Shown here: positions 9,391-16,577 of the stretch, piece after piece
How the letters are laid out: every line of letters begins with the position of its first letter
How positions within the stretch are numbered: the stretch's first letter is position 1
Assembly: GCA_963717095.1 (NCBI GenBank)
Contig: CAVQVF010000005.1
Span: 360,404-392,403 of the forward strand
Reading direction: 5' to 3'
DNA: 32,000 nucleotides
DNA from: an uncultured Alphaproteobacteria bacterium
GTDB lineage: Bacteria > Pseudomonadota > Alphaproteobacteria > Rhizobiales > Devosiaceae
Notes under the pieces: generated by a model
Told to the model about the DNA's origin: nothing
The model's input: the letters and a program-made list of their open reading frames with translations, nothing else
Database searches by the model: none
Program-made: the position numbers and the translations under genes

Positions 9391-9419
9391 CCGGCGAGGT
9401 CAGTATCTGGCCTCGCCGG
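9391..9419 (-). other. GC-rich intercistronic stem-loop directly after the binding-protein gene
   Basis: CCGGCGAGG (9391-9399) and CCTCGCCGG (9411-9419) are perfect reverse complements with an 11-nt loop. The hairpin lies 7 nt downstream of the SBP stop on the minus strand. Confidence 0.4.
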
Positions 9420-9425
9420 ATGCGG

Positions 9426-10703
9426 TCACGGAAGGTTGGTGCGAACCAGCAATTCGTCACCACGCGTCTTGGCTTCGGTCAAAGCCTCCTGCGGGGTCGC
9501 CAGCTCGAACGAGACTTTTTCGAACGCATCGCGCAGATATTGCTGCACTTCCACATAATGGCTGGTCTGGGGCGGTTCATGGGCGTTGATGAAGGCGTTG
9601 AGGAACGTCTTCTCGTTGGGGTGCGTATCGTAATAGGGGTCTTCAAGCAGTTCCTTGCGGACCGGCAACTGCGCCGAGGTTTCGAACCAGGTCCGCTGGC
9701 CCTCCACCGAGGTCAGCCATTCGATCGCCTTGGTCGCCACGGGAATCTTGGCGGGGTCGATATTGGCCATGATGGCGATATTGTCGCCACCCGCGAAACT
9801 CACGGCCGGCCCGTCCGCGGTCATGCGTGGATGCGGCATGATCCCCAGCTCGAAGTCGGGGGCATCGCGCTTGGTGCGCTGGATGACGCCCGGACCGTCG
9901 AAGATCATGGCGACGCGGCCCTGGAGCAGTTCGATCTGCCGGTCGGCTTCAGCCGGAGCGCCGATTGCCGATGGCGGAATGACGTGGTCCACCAGCTGCA
10001 TGTCCATGAGATAGGTCAGCGCCTTGACGCCGGCTTCGCTGTCGAAGGTATATTTCATGGCGGCGCGATCATTGAACTCGCCACCGGCCATCCAGAAATA
10101 AGGCAGCCAGTGGAATGTCGTCAGCGAAGGCTGCGATGGCACGAAGAGGAAACCATAGACATCGGGCTGTCCGTCGCCATCGCGGTCGATGGTCAGCTTC
10201 TTGGCCGCTTCGCGGAATTCGTCCCAGGTCGCTGGCGGATTTTCCGGATCGAGCCCGGCTTCGCGGAACAAGGCCTTGTTGTAGATGACGGCCGACGCGT
10301 CACCGCCGAAGGGCAAGGCATATTGGATGCCTTCGAACTGTCCGGTCTTGAGTGGGCCGGGCGGGAACAGGTCAGTGGAGAGGTTGGGATTTGCGGCGAT
10401 GATGTCGGTGAGTGGCAGCAGCGCATCGAGACGCACGAAGGCCTCGGTGGCCACGACGTCCAGGGCGACCACATCGGGGGCGTTGCCGGCGGCCACCGCG
10501 GCGATCAGCTTGTTGATCTGGTTCTTGCCGCCGGGAATGTATTCGACCTGCAGATCGATATCGGGGTTGGCCGTCTCGAAGGCGTCGAACATCGGTTTTG
10601 CCGCTTCTTCGGCCATGCGCGTCCAAAGCGTAAGCGTGGTCTGTTGCGCCAATGCTGGCGTCGCAATCAGGAGCGTGATGGCTCCCACGATAAGGCCCTT
10701 CAT
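9426..10703 (-). CDS. Sugar ABC transporter periplasmic substrate-binding protein (CUT1 family)
   Basis: 425 aa. Signal peptide [29 protein letters not shown] upstream. Adjacent to two CUT1 permeases. Confidence 0.9.
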   Translation of the reverse strand: MKGLIVGAITLLIATPALAQQTTLTLWTRMAEEAAKPMFDAFETANPDIDLQVEYIPGGKNQINKLIAAVAAGNAPDVVALDVVATEAFVRLDALLPLTDIIAANPNLSTDLFPPGPLKTGQFEGIQYALPFGGDASAVIYNKALFREAGLDPENPPATWDEFREAAKKLTIDRDGDGQPDVYGFLFVPSQPSLTTFHWLPYFWMAGGEFNDRAAMKYTFDSEAGVKALTYLMDMQLVDHVIPPSAIGAPAEADRQIELLQGRVAMIFDGPGVIQRTKRDAPDFELGIMPHPRMTADGPAVSFAGGDNIAIMANIDPAKIPVATKAIEWLTSVEGQRTWFETSAQLPVRKELLEDPYYDTHPNEKTFLNAFINAHEPPQTSHYVEVQQYLRDAFEKVSFELATPQEALTEAKTRGDELLVRTNLP

Positions 10704-10742
10704 TCATTCCTCCCTTAAGGAATTTGTTGATATTGGACTTGT

Positions 10743-11858
10743 CTACCGGCTCGCCACCGCAAAGCGGCGAACCAATTCTTCGTTGACTGTCACGCCGAGC
10801 CCGGGGCCCTGCGGAATGGGGACGCAGCCGTCCTTGTCGAGAGCAAGCCGGTCGCCCAGCAATTCGTCGCGGAGCGGATTGATCGAGATGTCGTATTCCA
10901 GCGGAGCCGCCGGATAGGGGTTCTGCGCTTCCGGCCAGCCAGGACGGGCGGCCAGAAAATGCAGGGTAGCCACCCGGACCAGCTGACCATCGAAGATATG
11001 GGGCACCAGGCGCACGCCATTGGCCTCGGCCAGCGTCCACAGCCGGCGCAAGCGTTCAAAGCCGCCATGCCCCACCAGGTCGGGATTGATGATGTCCATC
11101 GCCCGCATGGCGATAGCCTGTTCGATCATGGCGAAGGGGATGGATTCGGCGCCGGCTACCGGCACGTCGATGGAATTGCGCAGATCGATATGGGGCGGCA
11201 GCGAGGTATTGGGCAGCGGCTCCTCGAACCAGGAAATGCGCTCGAGATTGGTGATGCCACGGATGAAGGTGCGCGCGGAGTGCAGGCTCATGGCGCGATT
11301 GGCATCGACCGCCAGGCGCACGCCCTTGGGCAAGGCCGCGATCACCGCGTTGACCCAGGCGATATCGGCTTCCACCGAGTGCCAGCCGACCTTCATCTTG
11401 AGCGATTTGAAACCCAGGTCCATGGCGCGCATGGCCTCGGCGATCGCATCATCAATGACGTTTTCGGCCTCGGTGACATTTTGCAATGATGCATAGGCAG
11501 GCTGTGCCGGGCGATAGGCGCCGCCGAACATATTCGCCAGGCTCATGCCTGCAGCCTTGCCCTTGATATCCCATAAGGCGATGTCGATGCCGCCGGCCAA
11601 CTGCAGATCGAAGCGGGCGATAGCGTCTACGAGGCTGAGCGCCTCCTGGAAGCTGCTGCCTTCCAGCAGGGTTGCAGCTTCATCCCAGGATTGGGAAACG
11701 GGACGGTAACCGAAGCTCTCACCCCAACCGACCAGGCCCGATTCTGTCTCCAGCCGGATGAGGACACAAGCCCGGTGCGTTTTCAGCCCATTGGCATCGC
11801 CGTAGCGCTTTTCCAGCGGGTAGCGCAGATGCCAAAAATTCACGCGTGCGATCTTCAA
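10743..11858 (-). CDS. Enolase-superfamily enzyme, mandelate racemase subgroup (acid-sugar dehydratase or lactone cycloisomerase-like)
   Basis: 371 aa. KxK motif in SLKMKVGW, metal-ligand contexts AVDAN / FEEP / GAES, and a His in LVPHIF. TTG start at 11856-11858 with GGAGG 5 nt upstream; the N-terminus MKIARV is typical of the family. Confidence 0.85.
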   Translation of the reverse strand: MKIARVNFWHLRYPLEKRYGDANGLKTHRACVLIRLETESGLVGWGESFGYRPVSQSWDEAATLLEGSSFQEALSLVDAIARFDLQLAGGIDIALWDIKGKAAGMSLANMFGGAYRPAQPAYASLQNVTEAENVIDDAIAEAMRAMDLGFKSLKMKVGWHSVEADIAWVNAVIAALPKGVRLAVDANRAMSLHSARTFIRGITNLERISWFEEPLPNTSLPPHIDLRNSIDVPVAGAESIPFAMIEQAIAMRAMDIINPDLVGHGGFERLRRLWTLAEANGVRLVPHIFDGQLVRVATLHFLAARPGWPEAQNPYPAAPLEYDISINPLRDELLGDRLALDKDGCVPIPQGPGLGVTVNEELVRRFAVASR

Positions 11859-11911
11859 GTGGACCTCCCTATTTTTTATAGATCCCTAAGCGAGACCGTG
11901 ATTTTCAGTGT

Positions 11912-12002
11912 ATGGTAGTATACGAAGCCATCCCGTCAACCCGATTTATCGCGAGGGTGCCGGATTTTTCCGGATTGCTGGATGTTCTTCGAATGGTAGT
12001 AT
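11912..12002. promoter_or_regulatory. Divergent promoter region with two identical ATGGTAGTAT 10-mers, each overlapping a candidate -10 element
   Basis: ATGGTAGTAT occurs at 11912-11921 and 11993-12002. Minus-strand promoter candidate: TTGACG (complement of 11934-11939), 16-17 bp spacer, then TACCAT/ACCATA over copy 1. Plus-strand candidate: TTGCTG 11975-11980, 16 bp spacer, then TAGTAT 11997-12002 over copy 2. Confidence 0.35.
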
Positions 12003-12017
12003 GGGCTGATATGCATT

Positions 12018-12800
12018 TTGGGCGGTCGGGCCGACGACGCCTCAATTGCGGCGCAGCCGATCGTGCTGCCAAACTTGCCGCTGGATTGGATCCGAGCCGT
12101 GAACAGTCAAATAACCGCCGAGCCGACCTTCAAATTCGCCGATGGGGGTTCGTCGGTGGCTATTCAGCTGCGTGCCGAATTGCTGCGGGCCATCATCTCG
12201 CTGGAGATGCGGCCCGGCACCAGAATCTCGGAAAGCGAAATTGCCCAGCGCTATGGCGTGTCGCGGCAGCCGGTCCGGGAGGCGGTGATTTCGCTGGCGC
12301 AAACCGGATTGGTCAAGACGATGCCGCAGCGCGGCACCACTGTGGTGCCGATTTCGGTGCGTCAAATGCTTGATGCGCGTTTCGTGCGCGAGGCGATCGA
12401 GACGGCGGTGGCACGCCAGGCGGCGGAGTTTTGCGCACCGCAGGCACGGCGCCAGCTCGACAATATCATCATGCAGCAGGAGCTGGCGGTGGCCAGTTCC
12501 GATCGCGACACGTTCTTCCGCTATGATGAGGCATTTCACTACACACTCTGCGTCGGCGTCGGCTCGGAGATTGCCTGGGAAAGCATCAAGAACGTCAAGG
12601 TGCATATGGATCGCGTCTGCAGCCTGACGCTGAAGAATACTCAGTCGATGGCGCCGCTGATCGTCGAGCACAAGGCGATCCTGGCGGCCATCGATGCCCG
12701 TGACCCGGTACTGGCAGGGGAGAGCATGAGCCTGCATCTGCATGGCATATTGAGCTCACTGCCCAAGGTGGAAGCCGAACACCCCGAACTGTTCGAGTAG
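12018..12800 (+). CDS. GntR-family transcriptional regulator (FadR/FCD subfamily)
   Basis: wHTH ESEIAQRYGVSRQPVREAVISLAQTGLVKTMPQRGTTV followed by an all-helical FCD-like C-terminal domain. The start is uncertain: 12018 is a TTG without SD, and in-frame GTGs at 12063, 12099 and 12159 (the last preceded by GGGGG) are alternatives. Stop at 12798-12800. Confidence 0.85.
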   Translation: MGGRADDASIAAQPIVLPNLPLDWIRAVNSQITAEPTFKFADGGSSVAIQLRAELLRAIISLEMRPGTRISESEIAQRYGVSRQPVREAVISLAQTGLVKTMPQRGTTVVPISVRQMLDARFVREAIETAVARQAAEFCAPQARRQLDNIIMQQELAVASSDRDTFFRYDEAFHYTLCVGVGSEIAWESIKNVKVHMDRVCSLTLKNTQSMAPLIVEHKAILAAIDARDPVLAGESMSLHLHGILSSLPKVEAEHPELFE

Positions 12801-12854
12801 CAGGGTCGAGCCGAATAATCGCCAGTGCCAAGCTGGCCCGGATTGGAGGATCCC

Positions 12855-13913
12855 ATGTCGCGCGTGATCATCGAGAACATCAAGAAAAGCTATGGCGCCG
12901 TCGAGGTGTTGCATGGGGTTTCCATTGACATAGCGGATGGAGAATTCGTCGTTCTGGTCGGTCCGTCCGGCTGCGGAAAGTCCACGCTGCTGCGCATGAT
13001 CGCGGGACTGGAAGGCATATCGGGCGGCGATGTCATCATTGGGGACCGGATCGTCAACGATCTGCCGCCCAAGGAGCGCGATATCGCCATGGTGTTCCAG
13101 AGCTACGCGCTTTATCCGCACATGACCGTGGCGCAAAATATGGGCTTTGCCCTCAAGCTGGCCCGCGCCAGCCGCGCCGAAGTGGACAAACGGATCGGCA
13201 ACGCCGCCGAAATTCTCAGCCTGACGCCGTACCTGGAGCGCTATCCCCGCGAGCTTTCGGGTGGGCAGCGCCAGCGCGTGGCGATGGGGCGGGCTATCGT
13301 GCGCGATCCGCAGGTGTTCCTGTTCGATGAGCCGCTGTCCAATCTGGATGCTAAACTGCGGGTGCAGATGCGCGCCGAAATCAAGGAACTGCACCAGCGC
13401 CTCAAGACCACCACGGTTTATGTCACCCATGACCAGATCGAGGCCATGACCATGGCGGACAAGATCGTGGTGATGAACGCTGGCATCATCGAGCAGATCG
13501 GCACGCCGCTTGAGCTGTATGACCGGCCAAAAAACCTGTTCGTGGCTGGTTTCATGGGGTCGCCGGCGATGAATTTCCTGTCCGGCACAGCCAAGGTTAA
13601 TGGTTCTGTTGGCGTCTCCACCAATGGCGTAGACCTGCCCTTGACCCAGACCGGGGCGGCAATTGATGGCCAGGCGGTAGTCTACGGCATCAGGCCGGAA
13701 CACCTGGAGCTTGCAGACTCAGGCATTCCCGTTACCGTCAGCGTGGTGGAGCCGACCGGATCGGAAACCCAGGTTTATCTCAAATTTGGCGGCACCGATT
13801 TGATGGCAGTGTTTCGCGACCGGCACGATTTCCGCCCTGGGCAGGCAATCTATGTTAAGCCGCGAATGGAAAAAGCTCATCTCTTCGACGGCGCCAGTGG
13901 CGGACGGCTTTGA
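12855..13913 (+). CDS. Sugar ABC transporter ATP-binding protein (MalK/UgpC-type)
   Basis: Start ATG 12855 (MSRVIIENIKK) with GGAGGA upstream. Walker A GPSGCGKST, signature LSGGQRQRVAMGRA, Walker B FLFDEPLSNLDA, and a MalK-like C-terminal regulatory domain. Confidence 0.9.
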   Translation: MSRVIIENIKKSYGAVEVLHGVSIDIADGEFVVLVGPSGCGKSTLLRMIAGLEGISGGDVIIGDRIVNDLPPKERDIAMVFQSYALYPHMTVAQNMGFALKLARASRAEVDKRIGNAAEILSLTPYLERYPRELSGGQRQRVAMGRAIVRDPQVFLFDEPLSNLDAKLRVQMRAEIKELHQRLKTTTVYVTHDQIEAMTMADKIVVMNAGIIEQIGTPLELYDRPKNLFVAGFMGSPAMNFLSGTAKVNGSVGVSTNGVDLPLTQTGAAIDGQAVVYGIRPEHLELADSGIPVTVSVVEPTGSETQVYLKFGGTDLMAVFRDRHDFRPGQAIYVKPRMEKAHLFDGASGGRL

Positions 13914-14237
13914 GGAGCCCATTCCGATGGGATTGAGCCCGGGCTGAAGAGGTACAACAGGATCCACGCCCGTTTCGCTCTGATCATCGCCTTGGCCTTT
14001 GCCCCTTGCGGTTGGCTTCGTCCTAGACGACGACATGCGCCTTGGCGGCCCAGCCGGTACGTTTAGTGAATGCATCCCAGGGAATAGCCCTCCCCACCCT
14101 GGTGCCGGTGTCACCCTCACCCACCATTCCCTCGAACAGAGCATTGAAGAGGCGTGCCAGTGGCCGTGATATAGAAATCGGCGCTGGACCGCCTCGCGTG
14201 GCGAATCTATGGGTAACTGCTGAAATGAAGGCGCAGG

Positions 14238-15299
14238 ATGTCCAAAGACGTTAGCTACAAACGGCCAAAACTCAGCGACGTTGCCCGCGAAGCCGGGGTT
14301 TCTCCGGCGACTGTGTCGCGTGTATTGAACCATCCGGGAATCGTTCGCCCCGATTTGCAGGCCAAGGTACGGCGGGCAATCACGGCGCTCGGTTATGCCC
14401 CCGATGCGGTGGCGCGCGCCCTCAGCCTGGGGCGCAGCAGCACGATCGGCGCGGTGATTCCAACCCTGGGCATGACCGTTTTCGCCAATGGCACCGCCGC
14501 GTTGCAGTCGCGGCTGCGCGAGCATGGCTATACCCTGCTCATCACCAATTCGGAATATGATGGCGACCGGGAGCTGGAAGAGATCAAGGTCCTGCTCGAA
14601 CGCGGCGTGGATGGTCTCGTGCTGGTCGGCGACATGGTCAGCGCCGCCGCCGTGACCCTGGCCGGGCAATACCGCGTGCCGGTCATCACCACCTATGTCA
14701 ACGAGTCGCAATTCGCCGTGCCGGCTATCGGTATCGACAACGCTGAAGCCATGAACCGCGTGCTGCAACTGCTGCTCGACCTGGGCCACCGCGAATTTGG
14801 CGTCATCACCGATGTGGCCCCCCACAATGACCGTCAGCGGGCACGGCGGCGCGGCCTGTTCGCGGCGTTCCAGACCGCCGGCATTTCACTGGCGCCGCGC
14901 CGCATTGCCGAAGTTCCCTATTCGGTGGCCAATGGGCGCTCGGCATTCCGTCGCCTGATGACCATGGAGCCCGATGTCACCGCCGTCATCTGCAGCTCCG
15001 ACGCATTCGCCATCGGTGCTCTCGCCGAGAGCCGGGTGCTCGGCCTCAACGTGCCACGCGACGTCTCGGTGACGGGGTACGATGATGTCGATATTTCCCT
15101 CCACACCGATCCACCGCTGACCACGGTCAACGTGCCGGCTGCGATGATCGGTCGGCTGGCGGCCGATCATATTGTGGCGGCGCTCAATGGCTGGACGCCG
15201 CCTGCGACCACCAAGCTACCCACCCAGATCATGATCCGGGGCTCCTCCGCGCCGCCCCGCCAATCGCCCCCTAAAGGGCTGCGCTCAACCGAGCGCTGA
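14238..15299 (+). CDS. LacI-family transcriptional regulator
   Basis: N-terminal HTH KLSDVAREAGVSPATVSRVLN, followed by a periplasmic-binding-protein-like effector domain. 353 aa. Confidence 0.9.
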   Translation: MSKDVSYKRPKLSDVAREAGVSPATVSRVLNHPGIVRPDLQAKVRRAITALGYAPDAVARALSLGRSSTIGAVIPTLGMTVFANGTAALQSRLREHGYTLLITNSEYDGDRELEEIKVLLERGVDGLVLVGDMVSAAAVTLAGQYRVPVITTYVNESQFAVPAIGIDNAEAMNRVLQLLLDLGHREFGVITDVAPHNDRQRARRRGLFAAFQTAGISLAPRRIAEVPYSVANGRSAFRRLMTMEPDVTAVICSSDAFAIGALAESRVLGLNVPRDVSVTGYDDVDISLHTDPPLTTVNVPAAMIGRLAADHIVAALNGWTPPATTKLPTQIMIRGSSAPPRQSPPKGLRSTER

Positions 15300-16458
15300 G
15301 CGCATGCAGCCGCCCCGGGAAAGCCAGCCGGGTCAAGGCTTCGGCGAAATAATAGTCGCCAAACAGCACCGCGCTATCGGTGCCGATATTATGCGGCTTG
15401 GAATAGCAACCGTGCAGCAGAATGCCGCGATGGGCCGGATCACGGGCCAGATAATGCTCACACAGCGCGCGCAAGGTCTTTTCCGCCTCCTGCCGCCAAT
15501 ATGCGGCGCGGCCGCTGTCGGGATGCAGGTCCGCCATGTTCAGATAGGCTGACGCGATGATGGCAGCGGTCGCTGAATCGCGCGGCGCATTGGGGATTGC
15601 GGGATCGTCGAAATCCCAGAACGGGATCGCGTGCTCCCCCAGCCGGGCTGCATAATAGGCGGCCAATTGCTCGGCCAGTGCCAGGTATTCGAGCTTGCCG
15701 GTCGCGTCCGCCGTAGCCGCATAGCCATAAATGGCCCAGGCTTGGCCCCGCGACCACGCCGATTCATCGCCATGGCCCTGGAACGTGAAGCCCCGCTGCC
15801 GCGTGCCGCTGGGCAGGTCATATTCCACCGCATGATAGGTCGAATTATCCGGGCGGATGAAGCTGCCCCGAGTGGTCCTGGCATGGGCTTCGCCGGCCAG
15901 CCGGGAGCTGCCGTCATCGGCATAATCGGCGGCCCAATACAACAGCGACAGGTTCGCCATGGTGTCGATGGCCGAACTGCGCCGCCCGCGCGGATCGGAG
16001 AGCGGACCCCAGGATGAAATGTACCCACCCTGGTCCGTAGTAACGAGGCGGCTGCGCAGGCGGTCCGCGGCGCAAAGCGCCACATCGGCATAATGTGTGT
16101 CACCGGTCAGCGTGAACAGCGGAACGGCGCTGCTCCAGAACAGGAAGCCGATATCGTGGGTATTGCCGTCCTTGGCGCGCGGCACCAGCAGTTGGAAGCG
16201 TTCCCTTGCCAGTTCGAGATGCCGGCTATTGCCGCTCTGCAGATGGCCGGCCAGCAGCAGCCCGATCCAGAAACCGGAAAACCAGTTGCCGTGGCTCCAT
16301 CCCGTCTCGGAATAGCCGGCGGACAGCGATGCCGGCATGAGCTGCCAAGTGCCGTCCGGCGCGGTGACATAAGGAAAGGCCGAACCGAGGACTGCTTCGT
16401 CCTCCAGGGTCTTCTGCGCGATCAGGGCGAGGGCTTCGGCCTGCCAGGGCTCGGTCAT
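15271..16458 (-). CDS. Glycoside hydrolase family 88, unsaturated glucuronyl hydrolase (cytoplasmic)
   Basis: 395 aa with no signal peptide. The block GWSHGNWFSGFWIGLLLAG resembles the UGL WTDGFWSG block. The alpha/alpha-barrel-type sequence contains DIGFLFW, AIDTMANL and RGQAWAIYG. Context with kduI and kduD. Confidence 0.87.
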   Translation of the reverse strand: MTEPWQAEALALIAQKTLEDEAVLGSAFPYVTAPDGTWQLMPASLSAGYSETGWSHGNWFSGFWIGLLLAGHLQSGNSRHLELARERFQLLVPRAKDGNTHDIGFLFWSSAVPLFTLTGDTHYADVALCAADRLRSRLVTTDQGGYISSWGPLSDPRGRRSSAIDTMANLSLLYWAADYADDGSSRLAGEAHARTTRGSFIRPDNSTYHAVEYDLPSGTRQRGFTFQGHGDESAWSRGQAWAIYGYAATADATGKLEYLALAEQLAAYYAARLGEHAIPFWDFDDPAIPNAPRDSATAAIIASAYLNMADLHPDSGRAAYWRQEAEKTLRALCEHYLARDPAHRGILLHGCYSKPHNIGTDSAVLFGDYYFAEALTRLAFPGRLHALSARLSAAL

Positions 16459-16493
16459 TGGTCGTACTCCATTGGGTTTGTGCGCGATGCCGG

Positions 16494-16525
16494 TTGACAG
16501 AGCGGACGCGATTGCCCCTTATAGT
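16494..16525 (+). promoter_or_regulatory. Candidate promoter for the 16578-25609 operon (TTGACA ... TATAGT)
   Basis: Perfect TTGACA at 16494-16499 and TATAGT at 16520-16525, but the 20-bp spacer is longer than optimal. The palindrome starts 2 nt after the -10. Confidence 0.3.
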
Positions 16526-16526
16526 T

Positions 16527-16542
16527 CTGAAAGCGCTTTCAG
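16527..16542. promoter_or_regulatory. Perfect 16-bp palindrome CTGAAAGCGCTTTCAG, a LacI-family operator candidate
   Basis: Fully self-complementary with a central CG. It matches the generic LacI/GalR operator pattern TGnAAnCGnTTnCA. It lies in the 119-bp spacer between the divergent GH88 start (16458) and the CoA-transferase start (16578). Confidence 0.55.
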
Positions 16543-16577
16543 GCAACAATTGGAAAGCGAACGAAAGGGTTTGAAAC

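Noticed and set aside
9288-10718. 476-aa plus-strand ORF opposite the CUT1 binding-protein gene
   Set aside because: It is antisense to a clear SBP with a signal peptide. It has no motifs and high-GC shadow-frame composition.
12756-13703. 315-aa minus-strand ORF opposite the MalK-type ATPase
   Set aside because: The plus frame carries Walker A, Walker B and signature motifs. The minus frame has none.
13719-14825. 368-aa minus-strand ORF spanning the spacer and the LacI gene
   Set aside because: The LacI HTH and effector domain are clear on the plus strand. The minus product is featureless.
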